The position numbers and the translations under genes are program-made. Of a stretch of 64,000 bases of DNA, positions 36,601-44,378 are shown piece by piece. The notes below the pieces were generated by a model that was not told the origin of the DNA, did not search any database, and saw nothing but the letters and a program-made list of their open reading frames with translations. The stretch's first letter is position 1, and every line of letters starts with the position of its first letter. Location of the stretch: IMG/VR virus record IMGVR_UViG_3300042876_000250, positions 417-64,416 of that record. One strand, written 5' to 3'. This stretch comes from a virus. Its lineage: Duplodnaviria; Caudoviricetes.

Positions 36601-39322
36601 GACGCTCAAGAACATGTGGAACGCCGTGAAGAATGGCATCTTGCGCATGATCGGCGTCGAGGTGCCCACCAACATGCGCGACGCCACCCTGGCCGCAGCA
36701 GACCGCCTGATGATGCGCGTGATGCGCCCGACGGCGGCCGACCAAAACCTTTTGGTGCCGTCACTCAACCGCCCTCGGTTGAACGAGTCTCTGCGCAGCA
36801 GCATCGAGGTGGCCGACAAGCTCATTGCCAAGGAGCGGCCGTGGGCAGACCGCGTGCTGGCCGAGAACTCTGGCCTGTCTTTCGCCACGCGCTACGTTGA
36901 CCGCTTCGCCGGGTTCGAGCGGCTGGCCAAGCAAATGGGCGACCTCGAAGGCACCCAGATGCTGTACTACCTGCGCATGTACGACCAGCGCATGAACTTC
37001 GTGGCGCAGTCGGCAGGTAACGGGGCACTGGCCCTGGTCAAGAAAGAGCGCCGCGACGGCAGCTTCGAGTACCTGATTGAGAGCCAGGAAGGCGCAAGCC
37101 TGCGAACGGTAGTGGAGACCTTGAAAGAGGCGACCCCCATGGTTGGCGATGTCGATGCTGTAAACCGCCTGTTTACGACGTATCTGGCTGCCGAGCGTGC
37201 ACGCCGCGTGGGGTTCGACAAGCTGAACTTTGGTGGCAGCGTTACGGAAGCAGAACTCAGGAACGCCGTGGCCGAGATCAACAGCGTCGAGGGGCTGAAG
37301 GATGTGTTTGACCGCGCCCGCCGCGAGTACAACGACTACAACGAAGGCCTCGTTCGCTTCGCCCAACAGACAGGCGCGCTGAGTAAAGAACTTGCGGACA
37401 AACTTCTTGCCAGCAAAGACTACATCCCGTACTACCGCCAGACCAAAGATGGCGGCGTGGATTTGGTGATTGGTGGTGAAGCGCCCATCCGCATCGGCAG
37501 CATCAAGGAGCAGCCATACCTGCAAGAGCTTGTTGGCGGCGACGAGCCGATCTTTGACTTCTTCAAGGCCTCGGTGCAGAACACCAACCTCATGGTGGAT
37601 ATGGCGCTGCGCAATCTCTCCACCAAAAACGCCATGATCGAACTGGCCGAACTTGGTGGCGCGACCATCACCAAGTCGCAGATCATCGGCAACGACGTTG
37701 TGAAGTTCAAGGTGGATGGCGAAGACCGCTACGCTCGCGTAGACACCGACATGTTTGGCGTGCCCGCCGAAGTTCTGGTCAAGGGCATGGAAGGCATCCC
37801 CATGCAGCTTACGGGCGTCATGCGGATTGCGTCGATGCCTGCTATGCTGTTGCGCAGGGCCGTGACGCTCTCGCCGCTTTACGTTGCTCGCCAGTTGTTC
37901 CGCGACTCGTTGGCTGCTCCTATCCTGTCCGGCGCAGATTTCACCCCCGTGCTTGGCGCGCTGCGGGAGATCAACCGCCCCAGCGGCAAAACTCTTGAGC
38001 AACGCGGCATCACTGGCGGCCAGTACTTCACCGGCACGCAAGAAGACCTGTCTCGCATCATGCGAGAGATCGCAGACGGCAAACCCGGATGGGCCAAAGC
38101 GCTGGGCAAGCTGGAGTCTTTCGGCATGCAGGCTGACGCCCTGACCCGCCGCGCGCAGTACAACAGCTACATCAAACAGGGCCTGTCGGAGATGGAGGCC
38201 ACGCTGCTCTCGCTGGAGTCTATGAACTTCAACAAGCGCGGTGCTTCTCCCAGCATCCACATGGCCAACTCGCTGATCCCGTTCTTCAACGCCCAGATTC
38301 AGGGCTTGAATGTGTTGTACCGGGCGCTTACGGGTAAAGCCACGCAGGCTGAGAAAGTGCGGTTGCAGTCCAAGCTGCTCACCCGTGGCGCTCTGCTGTT
38401 TGCCGTTTCTCTGGCCTACGCCGCGTCGATGCAGGACGACGAGGCCTACAAGAACGCCATGCCCGATCAGAAGTACGGCAACTGGTTCATTCGGATTCCC
38501 GGTGTTGATGAGCCGGTCAAGTTGCCCGTCCCGTTCGAGGTCGGCTACATCTTCAAGGCGCTGCCCGAGGCGCTGTACAACATGGCAGTCAACGGCGAGC
38601 GCGGCAAAGAGGAAGCAGGCGATGCGTTCATGGGCATCCTGCGCAACGTAATCCCAGGCGGTTCGTCGTTCCTCATTCCGCAGATCGCCAAGCCCGCCAT
38701 CGAGGCGGGGCTGGGCAAGTCGTTCTACACCGGCCGAGACATTCTGTCCGCACGGGAGGCCAAGCTGCGCCCCGAGGAGCAGTTCCGCGACAGCACCAGC
38801 GAGATCGCCAAGTCTCTTGGGGCAGCTTTCGGCATCTCGCCCATCAAGATTGAAGAACTCATCAAGGGCTATACGGGTACGCTGGGGTTGGCGGTTCTGC
38901 AAATGGGCAACCTGGGTTTTGATACCTCGGAGTCTCCGGCCAAGGCAATGAAGCGCTTGTCCGACATGCCTGTGGTGGGTGGTGCATTCCAGCCCAACGA
39001 CGCTGGCTACATCATCAACAGCACCTACGACAAGCTCAAGGATGCGGAGGCGGTGAAGAACTCCGTTGACAGCCTGATTCAGCGCGGTGAAAAAGCCAAA
39101 GCCATGGCGCTGATTCAGGAGAAGGCCAACGAGTACGCGCAGAGCGGGTTGAGCACTTGGTACGGAAACGCAATCTCGCAACTGACCAAGTACGAGACCG
39201 CCATCAAAGCGTCCGACATGAGCCCCGAAGAAAAGCGCAGGCGGCTTGATGAAGCGCGGCAGATGAAGATCAGGTTGGCTACGTCCGTGCGGGAGGCGGC
39301 AGATAGAACCACACCCCAATGA
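30668..39322 (+). CDS. Giant polyvalent ejection protein, 2,884 aa (coiled coils, zincin MPTase-like domain, LPD38-like C-terminus)
   Basis: LHEGVHAA plus SEFVAEALS; C-terminal IPFFNAQIQG, PVPFEVG, KSFYTGRDI, SPIKIE.LIKGYTG. Confidence 0.85.
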   Translation: MELSQVLQALRNADAAGDKEAARRLAEIAREMAGVEPPAPEKKSSGVLASAAKGIEALISSGRTAAGAITGDANEAARAALERSASMERRYADDVSLEKVKQAYEQRGLLPAAGEAISQIPKALAEQAPNIAATLGSARLGAMAGAPFGPVGAIVGGTAGAVAPGLAQMFGSNVERQAAEQQRAGQPINVDVGAAGAAAVPQAALDAAATFIPLGGRIVSKVTGISLESLGTRTAAETAKLAEERLLAVLAKGGAKGIAAEVPTEVAQQMLERAQAGLSLTSPEALQEYGETAYQVSLLAPLGAAGRISERSGARQEVAKQQDAERKAAQQARIQQERVAKEQQAQAAAAEEARRQTPGYALEVQAKYQALEGRAAELRGQLREVKKDSPTATADAEFNKDIKAQLKQLGKELSETAKEYNRVRPVLTSMTAQQAQAQAAQQAAAEEYQKRQQQAYADQEQQYQLQAMRQQMEQTPGYQQQIPGLAPMETEGAPQTTTPMPDTAAQAREFAAKQQEMAQLLENAQEQESEAAGRGDIDSLKALRQRRQMLQNEYEYVSKQLAALGGVPANDAESLQNKIASLQEKLKAMAGPGYDPAKADKIIDQIDSLQKQLKELGLPERAGVQQRLDYGPANQTQKIATWEEAGRQELGRRDEDLKRQTGQQDGFDFGEFDEQTRELDKQRREGFTAAEIAAMERARLDTSRTAQGTLFGEEAKEGIETGIGSQKSRQQLVNDLRLARAARNAQPDRRAGGTQAVSQALEALRDYDARVAAEQERGTSKLGEIDEDTQKALAGAAVPEREKAVQSARELRDGAYADIVDMVSRSDRGRSFTNQIAAAQQKLVDFSIKEAEFRRGEALTAEEKQQLTAKIYETVRELRGRMGDTRNIVNVGTKDEPRYVDAAYTTEGGAGTGPTGMGLANIESRAPGQRTFANTFAAIKSLQEGLDRAISGSAKRRTGSVETTITPEKTSAQMLARELEKASRNPDVPAEARDLIDQIADNAKLIATRQELLDDATRFVYRANNGDFDALLARDVREGMAGFEQGKRSETEAETEMAPAGRVQPKGTAAPVTTYAQRATGVTRIAEQRDMFPDVQLQGLVFGTSPEFQRFMGSDALDTMRRLKGIPGETAARTLNRLKPLEAQINRYEQQMAALRQQYEKAKAQSAEAAALAPEAQEALRKAVALRTQMGVKIEQRLAAVEADYIRASLKYNFTSSVIDDLTSMISKNVEKFSSPLDGLAKRYLKEIADAEQPAAKLRAEVMDRIRTAIIMMRDSQYTPEQFVAAAQKGTRPATAYKALAGMPKQMQYTPKQIGHLLGLSDAAVDKLKAYAEEAALKKDIYVQRQAAWMSDARVIAALDEHLKLTMQLREEERQINKLGKELMNASLAVREARSMLEDDPRVKARYARQEELAAKALADLEAAREILGETDATVRAISAQINALADKQDKLKRVVSGTQKQVAAKAAERVVPEGVTAETQGDREAKDAEARKAEQEALERRADDVNRKLVSFEPKRQQEQKRIRNAKEILDLQEQAATAADPQERTAAQKQLTAFMDELYKTSMGAAKKLQGSINAQAKLIKQIQKSDAALEDPKLGKKARAEEQANNAALREKLKALSAKINKQLGSVQEDIPTRADIKAEREEQYQRETAEKLQSLEEEGKTERLPARQVGPVVKKTVQAGTVRTGELSTTEERKVGMRNTPTQAGAPRSLTGKQAQVAAAKDVEVEQLLLRESNLSDLKERVEAALEKAQESGNEAQIAGRQDQLSRVEKELAKTQRKLESLGKTPKPRKQKTIAAVEDLYNELGDAKFQLAATATQGPKVAVEPESNAANVMDEITATSTNPLNRAVAERLRTLLGNTKIKLVRDLRDDKGNPVYGSAKVDGSEISLDLQYGTNEQTVLHEGVHAAIERALRLPEDKLTDDQRAAKRELEELFKAYKADKTAPNANAKQDISEFVAEALSDAELQSYLASKKWTLKNMWNAVKNGILRMIGVEVPTNMRDATLAAADRLMMRVMRPTAADQNLLVPSLNRPRLNESLRSSIEVADKLIAKERPWADRVLAENSGLSFATRYVDRFAGFERLAKQMGDLEGTQMLYYLRMYDQRMNFVAQSAGNGALALVKKERRDGSFEYLIESQEGASLRTVVETLKEATPMVGDVDAVNRLFTTYLAAERARRVGFDKLNFGGSVTEAELRNAVAEINSVEGLKDVFDRARREYNDYNEGLVRFAQQTGALSKELADKLLASKDYIPYYRQTKDGGVDLVIGGEAPIRIGSIKEQPYLQELVGGDEPIFDFFKASVQNTNLMVDMALRNLSTKNAMIELAELGGATITKSQIIGNDVVKFKVDGEDRYARVDTDMFGVPAEVLVKGMEGIPMQLTGVMRIASMPAMLLRRAVTLSPLYVARQLFRDSLAAPILSGADFTPVLGALREINRPSGKTLEQRGITGGQYFTGTQEDLSRIMREIADGKPGWAKALGKLESFGMQADALTRRAQYNSYIKQGLSEMEATLLSLESMNFNKRGASPSIHMANSLIPFFNAQIQGLNVLYRALTGKATQAEKVRLQSKLLTRGALLFAVSLAYAASMQDDEAYKNAMPDQKYGNWFIRIPGVDEPVKLPVPFEVGYIFKALPEALYNMAVNGERGKEEAGDAFMGILRNVIPGGSSFLIPQIAKPAIEAGLGKSFYTGRDILSAREAKLRPEEQFRDSTSEIAKSLGAAFGISPIKIEELIKGYTGTLGLAVLQMGNLGFDTSESPAKAMKRLSDMPVVGGAFQPNDAGYIINSTYDKLKDAEAVKNSVDSLIQRGEKAKAMALIQEKANEYAQSGLSTWYGNAISQLTKYETAIKASDMSPEEKRRRLDEARQMKIRLATSVREAADRTTPQ

Positions 39323-39473
39323 GGCCGTCCCTGATGCAGGGCACCGCCTTGATACGGAGCCGCGTTGCTACCGCAGCGCGGAGCCCGAGTTCTCGGGCTT
39401 TCTCCGTATCAAGTGCCGGGACAAAGAAGCCCTCACCCGGCTTGAGCTTCGACCAGGGGTAGATCAGCTTCAT
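39279..39473 (-). CDS. Small protein (YPW..L..G..FF family)
   Basis: Resembles 53014-53211; overlaps the primase end and the giant gene end. Confidence 0.6.
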   Translation of the reverse strand: MKLIYPWSKLKPGEGFFVPALDTEKARELGLRAAVATRLRIKAVPCIRDGLIGVWFYLPPPART

Positions 39474-42399
39474 CTATCTCGGCCGTGCGGCGGCTGATGT
39501 GCATGACGTTGACGCGCATGACGGGGCCGTTGGTGCCCTGCATCATGTTTTTCTTGCAGTAGGTCACGCGGAACTGCTTCTCAAGCTGCGCCTTGAAGTC
39601 CGCGTACCCGTAGCTCATGGACACGCAGTGCTGGCGCAGTAGCTGCTCCTCGATGAACATCTCGGTGTAGCCCTCTTGGATCGTGTCGCGCTCGATGCGG
39701 CCCAGCACCCGCGTACGGGTGATCGACTTGTCCACCGTCTCGCCACTGCCCCACGACGCCAGGATGCCACGGCCCTCGGCTTTGACCACGGCAACGAAGC
39801 CGCCGTAGTTGTCCCGGGTGTAGGCGTTGAGCACGTCCTCGGCCGAGCGCACGGCGCGGCGCATCACGCCACGACCACGGATGACCAACTCCTTGAGCGC
39901 CCCCATGATGCCCTTGACCGGCACCGCCAGGATGTCGGCGTACCTGGGGCCCATCAAGATGCCAGCGGCGATGATGACGGTGCACCCCGTGTGCCAGTAG
40001 CGCTCGTCGTCGGTGAAGCTGAACTCCTCCTTCAGACGCTCGTGGACATCACGCACCACCTGGGCGGCAGTGTCTTGGTTGCGTACCAGCCAGCGCACCC
40101 ACTTCTCTCCGGCAACGCCGTAGTGGTCTTTGATCTTGCGCAGCACCGCCCGTTCCTCGTCCGTCCACTGGAGCGGTTGGGTGGGCGTCCACTCCAGCAT
40201 GCGCAGCAGCTCGCCGTTCGATGAGTGCTTCCTGGCCCCCGACATGTAGTCGGTCAGGTGCGTGTTGGAGGTCATCGTGCAGGTCAGCTTCCAGACCGAG
40301 TTGTTCACCCGCTCCCGGTTCGCGCCCGACTCCATGCGCTCCTTGCCCTGGCCCTCGGACACGTCGAAGATGAAGGCCGGTGCCCACTCAAAGTCCTCCC
40401 GCGCTTTGGCCGTGATCTCGTCGATCAGCAGCGGCAGCGAGTTCAGCAGGCCAGCCCTTTGCTGCATTGCAACAGGAGACGTGCCCTTGCCGGTGCGGTA
40501 GCGCAGGGGGTGCCCCCAGACGCCAGCCTTGAACGACAGCGCCAGCGACTTGCCGGTGCCCGACTCGGTTGAGCCGATGTGCCAGACGAAGCCCTCGTAG
40601 TCCGTGAAGTGCATCAGCGGGCAGCCGAACGAGTCCACCATGAGCGCCAGCATCGTGTAGTTCTTGCGCTGGATGACCAGTTGCCACGGCTGCCGCCATT
40701 CCTCGATGTTGCCTTTGCCCATGGTGCGGGCGTTGATGTTCTCCAGCCCAGGCATCGGCACCGAAATCTCGCGCCCGTCACGGGTGAACACCCGGTAGTT
40801 GTAGACGAAGCTGCCGTCCTTCTGCCAGCCACACTGCTGGGGGATCAACACCGCGCGCTTGCTCGTGGACGCCTCCTCGACAGCCGCCCGCACGTAGTCG
40901 AACAGGTTGTTGTCGTTGTTCTTGCCGAAGCTGGCAATCACGTTCTGGCTGGCCAAGAACTTCACCGTCTCGTCCTTGCTGACGACCGCCTTGGTGGGCA
41001 TGGTGATATTTTTCGGGCCATCGGGACGCAGCGCCACGAGGTGGGCGAGGTAGTCGTTCTCCTGCTCAAGGATGTCTACGACAAACAAGTCGTACGGAAG
41101 AACTTGCACCTGCTTCTTGGTCTTCGTGCCGTCATCGTCCTCGACCATCTTGGTGCAGTAGATGCCGCCGTTCTGGCCGTAGCTGAACCCCTTGGGCGGT
41201 TGGGGCCGCTTGATGACCTGATGGGGGGTCTGCCCGGCCACGCCGTCCAGCTCCAGCTCCTCGGCGTCCAGCCCGTCAAACTCGGACTCGTCGAGCATGG
41301 ACATGGGCGTGGCCTCGGACAGGGGCGCTATGGGGATGATCTTCTCGGTGTCGTCGGTCTTGATCTCCCGGCCGAACACCAGGGGGTTGGTGATCTTGCC
41401 GAAGTGCGGGCAGTTGCCGCAGATGCCGGGGTTCTCGCTATCCATCTTCGTGCACGGATAGGGGCCCTTGATCTCGGCCAGCTTCTGGTTCATGCGCTGC
41501 TCGGAGTACGGGTGCAGATCGCTGAGCCAGGGGGCCCAGGCGTCCACGTCCTCGCACACCTTCGTCCATGACAGCAGCCCGCGCCAGATCGGCTCCAGCC
41601 CATCTTCGCTGGGGTTGTCGATGTACGCCTTGAGCTGTCCGCAGCCGGTGCCCGCCACCGTGCGGTCGTAGATGTTCTCAAACAGCGTCACGCTGTTCTG
41701 GAGCAGCTTGATCTGCGTTGCCCCCTTGGACTTGTTGGGCCGCACGCCCTCCAGAGGAGCCACTACCTTGACTTGGTACTCGGGGCGCAGCACCGCCTCG
41801 ATGGCGGTCTTGATGGCATCAAGCGTGAAAGTGTCCCCAGCGTTGAGGAACTTGACCTCTCGGGGCGTGCCGTACTTCTTCTTGTGGTTGCGCGTGCCAG
41901 GAACCCGCAGAACGCGTGAGGCGTCAGCCGTCACGGTCATGTCGATGCGCAGTCCCTCCTGCTTGCACAGACGCTTGAAGTTCTCGGCCACCGGCCGCCA
42001 CACAGCAGGCTCGACCTCGGCCGTAAGCGGCCAGTAAACATGCAGCCCGCCGCCAGAGCCGACGAACCAGGGACGACCCAGCGCGTCCAGACCAGTTTTT
42101 GCCAAGAAGTTTTGGAGTTCGGCTGCTGCCGCTTTCTTCGTGGCGTACCCGTCCATGTCAATGAAGAAGGACTTCAGGCACTGGGCGTTGTCAGCCTCGC
42201 GGCTGCCCTTCTTCTTAAACGTGCCCAGGGCAAAGTAGATGTCGCAGTCTTTGGCTTTCCACCCGTCGATGGCGGGGATCAGGTTCTGTAGCTCCTCCTC
42301 ATACCTGTGCTCCTTTGTTGTTGTGCTGAGTTCTGCCGCGCAGTAGTACCCGTTTCCCGGGGACGGCAGGACAGCCGCCAAGAAATCCAGCGGTTCCAT
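39433..42399 (-). CDS. Primase-helicase (RepB/AEP primase, DUF927-like region, P-loop helicase)
   Basis: FIDMD, SGGGLHVYW, D..RVLRVPGT.N.K; Walker A GSTESGTGKS; LIDEIT. Confidence 0.88.
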   Translation of the reverse strand: MEPLDFLAAVLPSPGNGYYCAAELSTTTKEHRYEEELQNLIPAIDGWKAKDCDIYFALGTFKKKGSREADNAQCLKSFFIDMDGYATKKAAAAELQNFLAKTGLDALGRPWFVGSGGGLHVYWPLTAEVEPAVWRPVAENFKRLCKQEGLRIDMTVTADASRVLRVPGTRNHKKKYGTPREVKFLNAGDTFTLDAIKTAIEAVLRPEYQVKVVAPLEGVRPNKSKGATQIKLLQNSVTLFENIYDRTVAGTGCGQLKAYIDNPSEDGLEPIWRGLLSWTKVCEDVDAWAPWLSDLHPYSEQRMNQKLAEIKGPYPCTKMDSENPGICGNCPHFGKITNPLVFGREIKTDDTEKIIPIAPLSEATPMSMLDESEFDGLDAEELELDGVAGQTPHQVIKRPQPPKGFSYGQNGGIYCTKMVEDDDGTKTKKQVQVLPYDLFVVDILEQENDYLAHLVALRPDGPKNITMPTKAVVSKDETVKFLASQNVIASFGKNNDNNLFDYVRAAVEEASTSKRAVLIPQQCGWQKDGSFVYNYRVFTRDGREISVPMPGLENINARTMGKGNIEEWRQPWQLVIQRKNYTMLALMVDSFGCPLMHFTDYEGFVWHIGSTESGTGKSLALSFKAGVWGHPLRYRTGKGTSPVAMQQRAGLLNSLPLLIDEITAKAREDFEWAPAFIFDVSEGQGKERMESGANRERVNNSVWKLTCTMTSNTHLTDYMSGARKHSSNGELLRMLEWTPTQPLQWTDEERAVLRKIKDHYGVAGEKWVRWLVRNQDTAAQVVRDVHERLKEEFSFTDDERYWHTGCTVIIAAGILMGPRYADILAVPVKGIMGALKELVIRGRGVMRRAVRSAEDVLNAYTRDNYGGFVAVVKAEGRGILASWGSGETVDKSITRTRVLGRIERDTIQEGYTEMFIEEQLLRQHCVSMSYGYADFKAQLEKQFRVTYCKKNMMQGTNGPVMRVNVMHISRRTAEIDEADLPLVEAQAG

Positions 42400-42417
42400 T
42401 CGAGTCCTTGGGGTGGG

Positions 42418-42558
42418 TTACTTGTTGTCGTCCAGCAGCCGCGCAAAGCGCTCAACGAGTTCTTGCACCCACTCCGCAGGCACCTTGTCGAACCCATAGA
42501 TATACATATAACGAAGCAGTTCGTTATCACTCAGGGTTGATGGTCGAATGCCTTGCAT
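42418..42558 (-). CDS. 46-aa hypothetical protein (below the ORF-track cutoff)
   Basis: GGAGGA SD; MQGIRPSTLSDNELLRY... Confidence 0.6.
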   Translation of the reverse strand: MQGIRPSTLSDNELLRYMYIYGFDKVPAEWVQELVERFARLLDDNK

Positions 42559-42809
42559 GCTTTCCTCCAGGCGTCGTCGGCTGTGGCCGAAGACCGCAAA
42601 ATGGTTAAGAGATTGGTGACGGCTGGCCTGTACGCGCCGAAGACTTCCCCGCCCGCGAACCAGTTGTAGACGGTCTGGCGGGTAGCGCCGGTCAGCTTTG
42701 AGATTTTCGTCACGGGGAAGTCTAGGTGAACTGCCCAGCGCCCAAGCTGATTGCCCAGCGTCTTGGGTGCCTTCTTCACCGTGTCGATTGTTTGAGTTGA
42801 GTACGCCAT
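42531..42809 (-). CDS. Cro/CI-type HTH DNA-binding protein
   Basis: VTKISKLTGATRQTVYNWFAG helix-turn-helix. Confidence 0.8.
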   Translation of the reverse strand: MAYSTQTIDTVKKAPKTLGNQLGRWAVHLDFPVTKISKLTGATRQTVYNWFAGGEVFGAYRPAVTNLLTILRSSATADDAWRKACKAFDHQP

Positions 42810-42878
42810 GGTATAGGTGGGGAGGGGGCCCGGGTCGTCGGCCCGGGTGAAGGGTGACGCACCCCCTCCCCGAACTCC

Positions 42879-43835
42879 TTACTCGTCGTCCCAGTCGTCA
42901 ACCATGGAGGCGAGGTTGGCCTTGGCAGCGGGCACCGCGCTGGGCTTCTTCTCCTCCTTGCGCACCACCGGCTCGTCGGGCTCCTCGGCAACCGGCTCGG
43001 CCTTGGCCTTCTTGGCCTTGGGCGGCGGGGGCGGGGCCTCGTCTTCCTCGGCCTCCACCTTGGCGGCAGCGCGCGGCTTCACGCCTTCCAGGGGAGCGGC
43101 AACCTGCGGGGCATCCATCTTGGCCACGGTCATCGTCACGGCCTTGGTGGCGTCGTCGCTCTTGCCCTGCTTCTGGCACTCGGCGTACTCGTCGTCGGTC
43201 AGGTAGCGCATGGCCTTGAAGTACAGCTTGGGGCTCTCGCTCTTGGTGTCGAACTTCAGGCGCGTGACCACATCGGAGGGGTCAACATTCTGCGCGGCCA
43301 ACCAGCGGGCGTAGGCTTGCAGAGGGCGGTTCTCACCATCTTCTTTGCCGAAGATGCTGGTGGCAGGCAGCGCCAGTTGCAGCACGTCGCCTTCGACGTT
43401 GTTGGCCAGCACCACAGCAAGACGTTGCTGGTAGCGGCAGGCGCGGCTGTTGCCCTGGCCCGAGCCTGCGATGTTCTGCGGGCACTCGCTGCACTTGACC
43501 GACTGGCGGTTGGCGCTGTCGGGGCTGGAGGTCTCGCCGTCGGCAGACCAGCAATCGGGCGCTGCACCCGTGGCGTCCTTGTCGAACTTCTTCATGTAGA
43601 ACACGCGGTTCACGGTGGGCGCGGCCTTGACGATCACCACGTCCAGATGGCGGTCTTCGATGGAGGCCACCTCTTTGCCAGCGGACATCAGGCGGAACAC
43701 GCCGCCCTTGATCGAGATGCGCTTGCCGCCGCCCACACCGCCACCGGCCAGGGCCTTGGCAATGTCGGTCAGGCCTTCACGGCGCTTGACGAAATCCGGC
43801 ACTTGGCCGGGGTTGAAAACAGCTACGTTGCTCAT
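42879..43835 (-). CDS. Putative ssDNA-binding/recombination protein
   Basis: KRISIKGGVF, C..CPQN..GS...AC, acidic C-terminal tail DDWDDE. Confidence 0.65.
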   Translation of the reverse strand: MSNVAVFNPGQVPDFVKRREGLTDIAKALAGGGVGGGKRISIKGGVFRLMSAGKEVASIEDRHLDVVIVKAAPTVNRVFYMKKFDKDATGAAPDCWSADGETSSPDSANRQSVKCSECPQNIAGSGQGNSRACRYQQRLAVVLANNVEGDVLQLALPATSIFGKEDGENRPLQAYARWLAAQNVDPSDVVTRLKFDTKSESPKLYFKAMRYLTDDEYAECQKQGKSDDATKAVTMTVAKMDAPQVAAPLEGVKPRAAAKVEAEEDEAPPPPPKAKKAKAEPVAEEPDEPVVRKEEKKPSAVPAAKANLASMVDDWDDE

Positions 43836-43847
43836 TTGACTTTCTCC

Positions 43848-44309
43848 TTACTGAGTGGGTTTGCGAACAGAAATCTGGTACTCGGTCGTCGAGTTCATGC
43901 CGGGAGGCAGGACGCCGGGGTTGTCCTTGAGGAACGTCGCCATGTTCGTCTGGGCAATACGTTTCTCCAAAAGGTCAAGGGCGTCATGTTCCTTGATGAA
44001 CTCTTTGAAAGAGTCCCAGTCCTGGGTTTGGTAGCGCGTCTTGGTGGAGAGCACCACGGTGCCGTTGGCGGTACGCACAGAGTTGATGCCCAGCACGAGC
44101 ATCTGATCCTTCAGCGCGTTCTTCACAGCTTCCTGCTGGCGCTTGACCTCTGCAACAGCGGTGTCGTATTCAGTCGTGAGTTCCTGAATCTTCGCCGCCA
44201 TCTTGCGGTAGACCTTGGCCAGCTTGTCCATGGGGATCGCGGCCAGCGCAGCAGCTTCTGCTTCGTCGTTCTGAGCCGGGGGCGGCTCCTCGTCATCAAT
44301 GTCGTGCAT
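43848..44309 (-). CDS. Conserved replication-module protein (coiled coil, Gam-like)
   Basis: AAGGAG SD; DWDSFKEFI..H..DLLEKRI, LPPG. Confidence 0.7.
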   Translation of the reverse strand: MHDIDDEEPPPAQNDEAEAAALAAIPMDKLAKVYRKMAAKIQELTTEYDTAVAEVKRQQEAVKNALKDQMLVLGINSVRTANGTVVLSTKTRYQTQDWDSFKEFIKEHDALDLLEKRIAQTNMATFLKDNPGVLPPGMNSTTEYQISVRKPTQ

Positions 44310-44378
44310 TTTTGCTCCTTGTTGTTTGTCTAAGGTTGGACATGTTACTCGGTTTTTGTGGTCGTGCAATAGCCTCCT

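Noticed and set aside
3922-39319. Long antisense ORFs (e.g. 3922-5358, 31352-33262, 36761-39319; also 55881-59393 on +)
   Set aside because: Shadow frames of high-GC3 genes: no SD, typical antisense composition, fully opposite well-supported genes.
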